Source of the DNA: Heterodontus francisci
Taxonomy: Eukaryota
Direction: 5' to 3'
Assembly (NCBI RefSeq): GCF_036365525.1
Contig: NC_090416.1
Coordinates: 14,728,945-14,792,944, forward strand
DNA length: 64,000 nucleotides
Shown: positions 39,889 through 51,584 of the stretch, piece by piece
How positions within the stretch are numbered: position 1 is the stretch's first letter
Layout of the letters: each line of letters opens with the position of its first letter
Notes under the pieces: generated by a model
What the model saw: only the letters and a program-made list of their open reading frames with translations
Told to the model about the DNA's origin: nothing
Databases searched by the model: none
Translations under genes and position numbers: made by a program

Positions 39889-42319
39889 ACTCTCTACACA
39901 TGCTGCCTGACCTGCTGAGTCTATCTGGTTTCCCAACGCCTTTGATCGCCTTGGAAGTTGTAGCGTCGGAAACAAGAAGCAGCTCCGCCCCGTGGCAGTC
40001 AGCCGCAACTGCAAGGGCAAGAACTTGATACTTCCCTGTCCCTCCCCAAGATCCAATATGCACCAAGGGATTAAATTGTTCTCTAGTCTGTCAGTATTAC
40101 ACCGTTATAAGATTCATACAGAAAATACTCAAAAAAAGTTAACGTGCCAGGGGGAATGAGGAGTTCAGTTTTTTTCCCCCAGCTTTGTTATCCCACAAAC
40201 AGCAATGTGATCATTTCCTTTTTATTAGTGAATGGGATTTGAGCCTCGCTGGCAAGATCAGCATTTATTTCCTACCCCTAATTGCCTTTGAGAAGGTGGT
40301 TGTGAGCTGCCTTCTTGAATCACTGCAGTCCATGAGTTGTCGCTGCACCCGCAGTGCTGTTGGGGGAGGGAGTTCCAGAACATTGACCCAGGATTTTGTT
40401 CTAGGAATATGAGTCAGCTAACCTGTTTTAGTGATGTTGTTTGAAGGATCAATGCAGAACTCACCCTGTTCTTCGTTCAATAGTGGCCATGGGATCTTTA
40501 CCTTTACCTGAGAGGGCAGACAGGTCTAATATCAGAGAGCAACTGAGCCAGATAGCTAGAAAGTCAGATAGTGATACAGAGGGAGAGACAGGTAGAGAGA
40601 CTGAGAAAGAGATAGATGACGGACAAGAAATACGGAGCAGGTCAGTCAGATCTTTAAAGGGTAAAGAAAGGATAATATTTCAGATACTTTAATTATAATT
40701 GAAAATTGAAGGGTAAGTAAACCCCTTCCTAGGGCTGAGAGACTCTGGTCACCGAGTGGAAACGAATGGGTTAAATAACCAGCAAACTGCGCAATAGAGA
40801 GGCAGGGATTGTAAAGGGACAATCTGAGTGGGTCAATGAAGAGACATCAATTAAATCAAAACTCATAATGAAACACAGGGAGGAGGCAAGTTGTGAACTG
40901 GATGCAAGAAATACTGAATGTGTGTGAGAGCTTGGTGCGCGGGAGAAGTTAGTGTGTAACAGGTTGCCAAGCAACCTGCAGTGGCTTGCAATCTGGGTCC
41001 AGATGTGTGAGAATTAATGTGTGGATTCCTGGAAAGGGTACATGCTCTGCTCTCATGCTAGTCACATGACGAGAAAGTATTGAGTAATGTTGGTCAATAG
41101 TGGATAGGATTCATGAAGACTTTTCTATTAGAGGGGTGAGTAGATATTTGAGGGATGGAGAATTCAGGGCCAATGAAAGTTTAAGAATGTCATACACAAG
41201 ATAAGACTCAAGGACTGTGCAAGAAGCAGACCTGAGAACTGGAATTAACTGGATTTTAGAAAAGGAACAGATGAACATTAATGAGAGATAATGAATTCTT
41301 TTACTGTCGGCATTTCTGTATCAGCTATAAATGTGGGAATGCCCGAGGTTCTGTGAAATCCTTATTCCATAAAGAGTTATGTGCAAAGAGATTCTAAGCA
41401 GAGCATCATCACTAAGTGCGGTCATTTCTCGGTACCCAGATGTGAGTTCTCCTTGTAATTATATAGGCTATGTTTGCAAAGGCATTGCAAATTGAAATTG
41501 TTAAAACTGAGATGGATAGATTTTTTATTGGGTAGGGGATAATGGATGCAATGAACCGCACGTCTACTCTGTATCGATGGAATTAGATTTCACCTGAACA
41601 ATAACCCAATCGTCCTTTTGTATTAGTGGGCATGGCTGACGGGCACACTGCTCTCAGGAGTTTTGAAAAACCATCCGATCTGCAAATCATTGAGAAAGCA
41701 CTCACTGGAGGGAATCGAGTCCAGGGCAAATTGACCTTTTAGGCTTGTACTACCTCACCTTCAACACAAGAGGGCACCAACCAGCAGCACTGTAGAAATT
41801 CACATTTCCGGTCTAAGTTGCCAGTTCCTCTATTGACAATTACCAACACAGAAATTCTGATAACAATGGCAAACAAATATTTTTATGATTATAGTGTGAA
41901 TCAGCAGTTGCACATGAGACTCATACACTTGAAACATAGGCTTAGAGGACGGAACAGCAAAAACGCAATGAGACACAGGCACCACACCGCTCATTTGAAG
42001 TCGGATGTGCTAATTTGGGGAAACGGACCAAAATAATTGGAGCTCAAATATTCCTCTTTGGATGGGACTGACTTGGCTGCTTCCCCGTCAATCCCATCCA
42101 GATGTGGATGTTAGTCCCATGAAAGCAGAGGAGGGGGAATCTGACCATTATTGTGTCTCAGTCTCAAGATATGGCCAATGATAACAATTGGTCATGCGAA
42201 ACTACACGCATCTGGCGTGCAGATATCACCATCTGGGTCACACTGGTGCGTTTGCTCAACAACCTGCATTTATATGGCGCCTTTAACGACCAAAGGCGCT
42301 TAACAGGAGTGTTACCAAA

Positions 42320-43520
42320 TGCAAGAAAAATACTGCGGATGCTGGAAATCGGAAATAAACATAAGAAATGCTGGCAATACTCAGCAGGTCTGGCAGCATC
42401 TGTGGAGAGAGAAGCAGAGTTAACGTTTCAGGTCAGTGACCCTGCTTCAAAATTAGCAAATATTAGAAATGTAAATGGTTATAAGCAAGTAAAGCGGGGG
42501 TGGGGCAAGAGATAACAAAGGAGAAGGTGTAAATAGGACAAGGTCACAGAATAGCTGACCAGAAGGTCGTGGAGCAAAGGCAAACAATATGTTAATGGTG
42601 TGTTGAAAGACAAAGCGTTAGTACAGATAGGGTGTTAATGGACTGAAAGTTGAACAGCCGCAAGTATAAACATGAAAAAAAGTGGGTAAGCAAACTGAAC
42701 AAACTAAGATGAAATAAAATAAAATAAACACAAAAATATATATCAAAAAGGAAAAAAAAGAAAAAAATAACTAAAAATAAATGTAAAATGGGGGGCCCAT
42801 CATGCTCTGAAATTATTAAACTCAATGTTCAGTCCGGCAGGCTGTAGTGTGCCAAATCGGTAGATGAGATGCTGTTCCTCGAGCTTGCATTGATGTTCAG
42901 TGGAACACTGCAGCAATCCCAGGACAGAGATGTGAGCATGAGAGCAGAGGGGGTGGTGTTGAAATGGCAAGCAACCGGAAGCTGAGGGTCCTGCTTGCAC
43001 CAGTGTGACCCAGATGGTGATATCTGCACGCCAGTCTGCGTTTGGTCTCCCCAATGAAGAGGAGACCACATTGTGAGCAGCGAATACAGTATACTATATT
43101 GAAAGAAGTACAAGTAAATCACTGCTTCACCTGAAAGGAGTGTTTGGGGCCTTGGATAGTGAGGAGAGAGGAGGTAAATGAGCAGGTATTGCACCTCCAT
43201 GGGACGGGGATGAGGTGGTGGGGGTAATGGAAGAGTGGACCAGGGTGTCACAGAGGGAATGATCCCTTCGGAATGATGACAGGGGAAGGGAGGGGAAGAT
43301 GCACTTGGTAGTGGCATCATGCTGGAGGTGGCGGAAATGGCGGAGGATGATCTTCTGGATGTGAAGGCTGGTGGGGTGGAAAGTGAGGACAAGGGGAACC
43401 CTGTCATGGTTCTGGGAGGGAGGGGAAGGGGTGAGGGTAGAGGTGCGGAAATGGTCCGGACACATTTGTGGGCCCTGTCAATCACAGTGGGGGGGAATCC
43501 TGGGTTGAGGAAAAAGGAAA
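42320..43520 (-). mobile_element. Penelope-like element, inverted copy of the 3' end
   Basis: Reverse complement of ~44345-45490 (ORF 43127-43465 NHDRVPLVLTFHP; ORF 42800-43069 EEQHLIYRFGTLQPAGLNIEF). Confidence 0.88.
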
Positions 43521-45490
43521 GCTGTCCCAGCAGACCCATTGTGTCAGCCTGCTCCTGCCCCACTGAACTTATTTTTTCCTATCTTGACTCTGTCCTTTCT
43601 CCGCTGGTCCAGTCTCTTCCCACCTACATCCGTGACTTTTCTTACGCCCTACCTCATTCTGACAATTTCCAGTTTTCTGGCCCAACCGCCACCTCTTCAC
43701 TATGGACGTCCAATCGCTCTACACCTCCATCCTCCACCAGGATGGTTTAAGGGCTCTCCGCTTCTTCCTTGAACAGAGGCCCAACCAGTCCCCATCCACC
43801 AACACCCTCCTCCGCCTGGCTGAACTTGTTCTCACATTGAACAACTTCTCCTTCAACTCCATTCACTTCCTTCAAGTTAAAGGTGTTGCTATGGATACCC
43901 GCATGGGTCCGAGTTATGCCTGTCTTTTTGTGGGATATGTCAAACATTGCTTGTTCCAGTCCTACTCAGGTCCCCTTCTCCAACTCTTTTTCCAGTACAT
44001 TGATGACTGTATCGGTGCCGTTTCCTGCTCCCACCCCGAACTGGAAAACTTTATCAACTTTGTTTCTAATTTCCAACCTTCTCTCACCTTTACATGGTCC
44101 ATCTCCGACACTTACCTTCCCTTCCTCGACTTCTCTATCTGCATCTTTGGTGATAGGCTGTCTGCTAATATTCATTATAAACCCATTGACTCCCACAGCT
44201 ACTTGGACTACACTTCTTCACACCCTGCCTCCTGTAAGAACTCCATTCCATTCTCCCAGTTTCAGCTCTGTTCTGTTCAGTTTCCGACGCATCTGCTCTG
44301 ATGATGCTACCTTCCATGACAGCACATCTGATATGTCTTCCTTTTTCCTCAACTGAGGAGCCTCCCCCCCTCCCCCCACTATGGTTGACAGGGCCCTCAA
44401 CACGTCCGGCCCATTTCCCGCACCTCTACCCTCACCCCTTCCCCTCCCTCCCAGAACCGCGACAGGGTTCCCTTTGTCCTCACTTTCCACCCCATCAGCC
44501 TATATATCCAAAGGATCATCCTCTGCAATTTCTGCCACCTCCAGCGTGATGCCACTACCAAACACATCTTCCCCTCCCTTCCCCTGCCAGCATTATGAAG
44601 GGATCGTTCCCTCCGCGACACCCTGGTCCACTCCTCCATTACCCCCACCACCTCACCCCCTTCCCATGGCACCTTCCCCAGCAATTGCAGGAAGTGCAAT
44701 ACCTGCCCATTTACCTCCTCTCTCCTCACTATCCCAGGCCCAAACACTCCTTTCAGGTGAAGCAACGATTTACTTGTACTTCTTTCAATGTAGTATACTG
44801 TATTCGCTGCTCACAGTGTGGTCTCTTCTACATTGGGGAGACCAAACGCAGACTGAGTGATTACTTTGCGGAACACCTCCGCTCAGTCCGCAAGCAGGAC
44901 CCTGAGCTTCCGGTTGCTTGCCATTTCAACACCACCCCCTCTGCTCTCATGCTCACATCTCTGTCCTGGGATTGCTGCAGTGTTCCATTGAACATCAACA
45001 CAAGCTCGAGGAACAGCATCTCATCTATCGATTAGGCACACTACAGCCTGCCGGACTGAACATTGAGTTCAATAATTTCAGAGCATGATGGGCCCCCCAT
45101 TTTACTTTTATTTTTAGTTATTTTTTTCTTTTTCCTTTTAAAAATATGTTTTGTGTTTATTTTATTTTATTTCATCTTAGTTTGTTCAGTCTGCTTACCC
45201 ACTTTTTTCATGTTTGTACTTGCGGCTGTTCAATTTTCAGTCCATTAACACCCTATCTGTACTACACACCATTAACATATTGTTTGCCTTTGCTCCACGA
45301 CCTTCTGGTCTGCTATTCTGTGACCTTGCCCTATTTACATCTTCTCCTTCCATCTCTTGCCCCACCCCTGCTTTACTTGCTTATAACCTTTGACATTTCT
45401 AATATTTGCTAGTTCTGATGAAGGATCACTGACCTGAAACGTTAACTCTTGGTTCTCTTACCACACCTGCTGGCTGGCCTGCTGAGTACT
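43521..45490 (+). mobile_element. Penelope-like element: RT plus GIY-YIG endonuclease, frameshifted
   Basis: RPIVS, MDVQSLYTSI, GVAMDTRMGPSYACLF, YIDD and HYKPID (43702-44301); NVVYCIRCSQCGLFYIGETKRRL..FAEH (44595-45035). Confidence 0.92.
45415..45455 (+). ncRNA. Minimal hammerhead ribozyme-like motif at the Penelope 3' end
   Basis: CTGATGA-aggatcactgacct-GAAAC-gttaac; the 3' strand of stem III is degenerate. Confidence 0.5.
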
Positions 45491-48031
45491 TTGTGTCTTT
45501 AGTCCACATAAGAAGATATTCAGACAGGTGATCAAAATTGGTCAAAGAGGCGGGATTCATGTAGCGCCTTAAAGAAGGAAAGGGTGCACGGCCAGTGAAC
45601 CAAATTCATCTGGGACTACAATGCCTGCAATATTTAGAGCAGTAATATGGAAAGACAGTGTACCATAAATAACACGAGTTCGGACAGTGTCGGTGAGCAG
45701 AGAGACATTAGTCTCCATATCGACAAAGGGAAAGTTGATATGATTAATAAAAAATTATTTAAAAAGATTTATAAGTAGAATAACCAGAATATATAAAAAA
45801 GCAAAGTGATCACGTTATAAATCACTGGTGAGAGCTCAGCTAGAGTACTGTGGTAAATTCTGGGCACTACAATTCAGGAAAGATGGCAAGCCTTTGAAAA
45901 ATGCACAGAGGAAGTTTACCAGGATGATACCAAGGATAAGGGAGTTCTGTTACGAGGAGAGGTTGAAACGTGTGATCAGGAGGAGCCACCGGTGACAGAG
46001 AGACGCCAACAAGCACATCGCCTCCTCACATGTAGCTCCCATTCACTGCTAAGTTTCAGCTTTCTCGAAAGATTCTTCAGTCCATTCTGAAGCAAATTCT
46101 GAATGAATTAACGAGTCTTTTGAACGTCTGAGTGATACTTGTTTCCACTTCATTGAGAAAAAGTTTAGCATTTTGATGCCGGAAGTTTGTGGATAATTGC
46201 CGGAAACTCACTCTCACTGCTGTTTTCTGCTTTTAAGAATTTTATACAGACATAAATTTTCAGCAATTAGCTTCCTAAAATAGGACCATTATAGAAATCA
46301 TAGAAAATCTACGACAGACAAGGAGGCCGTTCCTATCTGTGCTGACCAATGAAGATCTACCCAGCCTAATCCCACCTTCCTGCCCGGCAGCTCACAGCTC
46401 TTTAAGTAGATACACAACAGGCTTGTGAGCAAACCTGTGCCTCGTGCAATAAAAGGGACGGCATCAACATGCCTGAGAGTGTGGTGGAGGCAGGTTCAAT
46501 TGAAGCATTCAAAAGGGAATTAGACAGTTCTAGGAAAAGGAAGAATGTGCAGGGTCACGGGGAGGAGGCAGGGGAATGGAACTGAGGGAATTGCTCTTTC
46601 GGAGAGCCAGTGCGGACACGATGGGCCGAATGGCCTCCCTCTGCACTGTAACGATTCTGTGATTCTAGCCATCCGTTTTTAAATGTGATTTTCTGCCTTT
46701 ACCACCCTTTTACGCAGTGAGTTCCAGGTCTGCATCACCCTCTGGGTGAAAAAAACGTTTCCTCATCTCCCCTCTAATCCTTCCATCAATTATTTTAAAT
46801 CTATGCTCCCTGGTTTTTGACTCCTCTGCTAAGATAAATAGGTCGTCCCTATTTACTCTGTTTAGGCTCTTTTTTTTACACCTCAATGAAGTCACCCCTC
46901 AGACCCCTCTGTTCCAAATAGAATAACCCCAGCCTATCCAATCTTCCCTCATAACTAAAATTCTCCAATCCTAGCAACATCATCACAAATCTCCTCTCCA
47001 CCCTTTCCAGTGTAATCACGTCTTTCTTGTCATGTGGAGACCAGAACTGTACGCAGCACTCAAGCAGTGGGCTAGGTTTGACAGTGAGCCATTCTGCCAG
47101 TTAATTTTATTTATCTAGATTCACTTGTGTGAACAGTTGAGTACCTGAATGGTTCTGGAAATTAAAGAATGGGGATTATTGACAGAATTAAGTTGAACTT
47201 GGTTTACTCCAGTCTTTTGAGCTTTCAGATTCCTGTTTAGTGGTTACACCTAAACCAATTACAATTAAAACAGAAATGCATTCAGTGAAATTATTAATTT
47301 GCTCTCAGTAATGTTAGGACTCCTCCCTTTCCAAAATCCAGTCATTTCTTGTTCTCAAGTCTGTTTCTTACTCTGTCCTTGAGCCTTATCTGTTTCTGTT
47401 TTACACTCTTAACTCTTCTTCATTGGCTCTGAATTCTCTATCCCTCAAACCTGTGCTCACCCCTGTTACAGGTCAGTCTTAATGAATCCTATCCACTATT
47501 GTCTAAAATAGGGAATGTGTTTCCCCTTGAAGCGCAGATACGAACTAGGGGGCTATAAATATAAGATAGTGACTAATAAATCCAATGGGGAATTCAGGAG
47601 AAGCTTCTTTCCCCAGAGAGTGGTGAGAATGTGGAACTCGCTACTACAGGGAGTGGTTGAGGGGAATAGCAGAGATACATTTAAGGGGAAGCTGGATGAA
47701 CACAGGAGGGCGAAAGGAATAGAAGGATGTGCTGATAGGTTGAGACGAAGAGGGGGTGGGAGGAGGCTCTTGTGGAGCAGAAACACCAGCATGAAGCAGA
47801 TGGGCCGAGTGGCCTGTTTCTGTGTTGTGTATTTAATATCATTTACAGCCTTTCCTGATAGTCATAACCTCTCAGTTCTGGTATATACCTTGTGAATCTT
47901 TATTACACCATCCCCAGTGCCTGTACGACGTTGCTCTAATATGGAGACCAGAACTGTGCATTGAAACTCCCAGTGTGGTCTAACGAATCTGTGTAGAAAC
48001 GTGGGTCTTTTTGTAAAACAGATACTGTATG

Positions 48032-48075
48032 TGTGCGTGTCAGCACTCGACCTTGTCAAAACAGGAAACCCACAG
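48032..48075 (+). promoter_or_regulatory. Conserved promoter block of gene A (ETS plus RUNX-like composite)
   Basis: AACAGGAAACCCACAG at 48060-48075, 195 bp upstream of the ATG. The identical 16-mer lies 180 bp upstream of the gene B ATG; both are preceded by TGTGCGTG. Confidence 0.65.
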
Positions 48076-48254
48076 AGAGGTCTCTACCTCGACACTATTT
48101 ACCAGCCCAGTCGTGTATTTATTAATAAACACAGAGGGCAATTTCCGCCACCCGCTCTTCATTTCACACCTCCTTCAGCACCGATCTAACGAGAGCGATT
48201 TCTCAGTGAGTTACTGACCGGTAACTCAGCGATCACCGGCTGGGTCACGGGACA

Positions 48255-48297
48255 ATGAGCTTCGTTGGTGTCTGCGCTTTGTCCCTTCTCATCCAGG
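48255..48297 (+). CDS. VJ-C1 receptor gene A, exon 1 (signal peptide)
   Basis: ATG...MSFVGVCALSLLIQ, then G|gtgag; 43 nt, phase 1, typical Ig/TCR-like split leader; paralogous to 60351-60393. Confidence 0.85.
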
Positions 48298-49162
48298 GTG
48301 AGATATCCTGACATATTCTGTTAGAGTGGAGAAGGGATGGAGGAAATAAGAAGCTGTTTCCAGTGACAGGAGGGTCGGTAAGCAGAGGGACACAGATTGA
48401 AGATAATTGGTAAAAGAACCAGAGGGGGGAGAGGAGGAGAATTTATTTTTAACGCAGCGAGTTGTTGTGATCTGGAACGCGCTGCCTGAAAGGGCGGTGG
48501 AAGCAGATTCAATAGTAACTTTCAAAAGGGGAATTGGATAAATACTGGAAGGGGATAAAATTGCAGGGATATGGGTGAAAGAGCAGGGGATGGGGGAGTG
48601 GGACTAATTGGATAGCTCTTTCAAAGAGCCGGGACAGAAACGATGGGAAGAATGGCCTCCTTCTGCCCCGTGGGATTCAATAAGATGTAACTAAGGGCGC
48701 AATTTTAATATAAAAAACGAATGTATTCAGTTAGTTTGAAAACCATGTTCTCCAGTCAATGGCAATGCAGCGACATGGATCACTAACACCCGTGAATGGA
48801 ATTTATCCGAAACTGAATTTCCTCCTGGGAGATGAGGAAAATCATAGCTGGAAAATGTAGCCTTGAAACAGGCTCTTTAAATCTCAACTTCAGACAGTTT
48901 CCATGTTCCTCCCTAGTGAGAAAACTAGATTTGGCGGTGAATGGACTCGGTCTGCGCCTCTTGAAAGTGAGGGTAAAAACGGCGCAGCCAACACGGCGGG
49001 CGCATATTTACCCAGGATTTTAATAGTGTGCGGGGCGCCCGATTTTCCGACATCCGCTCCCGATGCGCTATTCGACGCAAATTTAGATTTTTCGGTAACT
49101 TGGCCAAAGATTGTCTTCGGGGGTCGATAACCTGACGTGAATATGTTTTGTCTCCTGTTCAG

Positions 49163-49501
49163 TTGTTGTCTCTCAGTCCTTCTTGTCCCAGTCTCCGCCG
49201 ATTCAAACAGTCCTTGTGGGAAGCCGTGTTCAACTGAATTGCTACACCACCAGGTTAGTAGCTAGCTATGTCTTCTGGTACAGACAGCAGCACCGGAGGG
49301 ACATGCAGCTCCTTTACACAGTGGGCAAAAACTACCCTGCAGATGGAAGGTTTTCCGGTGAGGTTGATGATAATTCGGGTAATTATGCTCTGGTGATTTC
49401 AAATGTACAGAGAAATGATTCTGGGATGTATTACTGTGCAAGCCGCAATTACCAGAACATGGCCCGAATATTTGGAAATGGCTCCACGCTGGTGGTTACA
49501 G
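49163..49501 (+). CDS. Gene A exon 2: germline-joined VJ-type Ig domain
   Basis: ttcag|..VVSQSFLSQSP..VQLNC..WYRQ..LLY..GRFSG..LVISNVQRNDSGMYYCA-SRNYQNMARI-FGNGSTLVVT, then G|gtaaat. All V-set hallmarks and the J FGxG motif are in one exon. Confidence 0.93.
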
Positions 49502-49604
49502 GTAAATCTTCACGAATATTTCATTCAGTTGGACATTAACATATCAGTTAAAATGTGTCTTTTAAAATTTTTATTCCGGGTTCCGTTTTATTTTCCCACT
49601 TTAG

Positions 49605-49910
49605 AGGGTCGCCCGGCCGTGTTTCTCTTAATTCCGCCGCCGGCTGAAATTTCCTCCATGGAAAGGGTCCCATTGATGTGTTTGGTAAGAGGCCTGTCTC
49701 CCCATTCCCTTCCCATCCTCTGGAATGTTTCCGGAGTGATTAGCGAGGGACAGACCGATTCCGGGGCAATAGACGAGGACGGGACATACAGTGTCAGGAG
49801 TCACATCAGCGTCTCGGCGGAAACGTGGAGCAGCGGCGTTGTCTGTATTTGCACTGTTCAAATCAACTCTACAGAGAATCATATCAGTGAAAGTGTCTCA
49901 TCTCAGAGAG
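49605..49910 (+). CDS. Gene A exon 3: C1-type Ig domain
   Basis: ttag|(E)GRPAVFLLIPPPAEI..PLMCLVRGLSP..ILW..DGTYSVRSHISVSAETWSSGVVCICTV..SVSSQR, then G|gtaac. PxVFL, CLVxG and DGTYS-S-W-C are C1 motifs. Confidence 0.92.
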
Positions 49911-50599
49911 GTAACTATTAACAGTGACCCTTTACTAATTTATTTAATGCTGATGTGAGGCTGATTTTATAACTGTAAAACTTTGTACACTCCGAACATC
50001 TGTCTTTCCACGTGTCCATACATAATGATCTCATCATCGACCTATCGCATATCAATATTCAGTGTTTATCTCCCCTAATGTTCAAGTCTATCTGTTTTCC
50101 CCACCCCAGAGAGTTGTGGGTGCTCAGACATTGAGTATATTCAGGACAGAGATTGATAGATTATTGGACACAAAGGGAATTAAGGAATGTGGGGATTCGA
50201 CGGGATAATGGAGTTGAGGCAGAAGATTAAGCTTGATCTGATTCAAAGGGGCAGCACCCTCGAGGGGCCGAATGGCCTACTCTTGTTCCCATTTTTTGAG
50301 TTCTAATGTCCAGCTGGGCCACACTTTTTCATGGTTGGAGGTCAGTGTCTGTCTGATTGGTCTTTTTGTAAAGTTGGAAGATGTGATTATATTTCCAGTC
50401 CGCCACTTTCTCTGAGCATGTTTGTATATAATTATCTAGTAGCTTAAAGGTTCGGCACAACATCGTGGGCCGAAGGGCCTGTACTGTGCTGTACTGTTCT
50501 ATGTTCTATGTTCTATTAATCTGTCTGTCTGTCTACTTATTATTGACAAAATTTCTGTCTGTCCTAGTTAAACAATGTGGTATAAGATATCTGCTTTGT

Positions 50600-50601
<2 letters not shown>

Positions 50602-50675
<74 letters not shown>

Positions 50676-51030
50676 GTCTAGCCATTTCTGTCCTGGTTAA
50701 AAAGAGCAGCATAAGATACATGCTTTATTTATACATGTGTGGATCTATCTCTCTACTCTATCTCTGGATCGGTCTCTGTAGCTATCGCTCCATCTGTCTC
50801 TATTTATCTATCCATCTCTCTATCTGTCTCTGTATCTATCTCTCTTTCCAACTCTATTTGTCTGCCTCTATATCTATCTCTCTATCCATCTCTGCACAAT
50901 CTATCCATTTATCTATCTCTATATTCATCCATGTTTCTAACTCTGTACCTATCTATTTAATTCTCTCTCTCTATACATCTATCGATCCATCTCTATATAC
51001 TGATCTATCTATCCCTCGGTCTCTCTCCTA
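50602..51030. repeat. (TC)n/(TATC)n microsatellite and degenerate extension
   Basis: Lies in intron 3 of gene A. A counterpart at ~63765-63945 lies in the matching intron of gene B. Confidence 0.9.
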
Positions 51031-51177
51031 GTTAAACAGTCTGCTGCATTTAAGGATGGTGGAAGATGCAAAACCAATTTCCGACTTGTGTGTGAAATTA
51101 CACATCAGTTTTGCCAAATTTCTTCAGTTGTTTAATTATTTTTCATAAACTTCTTTAACGTCAGTTTGTTTTTGCAG

Positions 51178-51297
51178 ACTCTCCGCTGCACACCTCCTGC
51201 GCTTTACCGATTTACGGGAGTTTGTCGGCGGCGGCGTTTCTCCTTCTCGGGATGGTTGTGTTCACCGCGGGAAAAAGCTGCAGGAAGCGGCAGTCAG
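51178..51297 (+). CDS. Gene A exon 4: stalk plus transmembrane segment
   Basis: tttgcag|(D)SPLHTSCALPIYGSLSAAAFLLLGMVVFTAGKSCRKRQS, then G|gtacc. Hydrophobic run followed by a basic stop-transfer; phase 1-1. Confidence 0.85.
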
Positions 51298-51443
51298 GTA
51301 CCGATTGTCGGGAGGCGCTGCAACTCCGCGACGCTCTCAATCCATCCATTTATTACTGTGTTATTTGCTCTTTACACGTTAGCGGACTGGTTCAGTGTGA
51401 ACTGTGGACATTGAGACTCAGTTTAAGTTTCTCTTTCTATCAG

Positions 51444-51502
51444 GCAACATGAACAGAGATGAGGAACTGCCGAATTCCAGACCACGTGCACAAGAAAAGG
51501 AG
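51444..51502 (+). CDS. Gene A exon 5: cytoplasmic
   Basis: ctttctatcag|(G)NMNRDEELPNSRPRAQEKE|gtaaat; 59 nt, phase 1-0. Confidence 0.75.
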
Positions 51503-51584
51503 GTAAATATGAATGAAATTGTTACGATTACCTTTCACTGATTTTTAATATAATTTTAACATTCATAATTATTGTTATATGAGT

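Noticed and set aside
50465-51031. 188-aa hydrophobic ORF in gene A intron 3
   Set aside because: Translation of the (TC)n/(TATC)n microsatellite.
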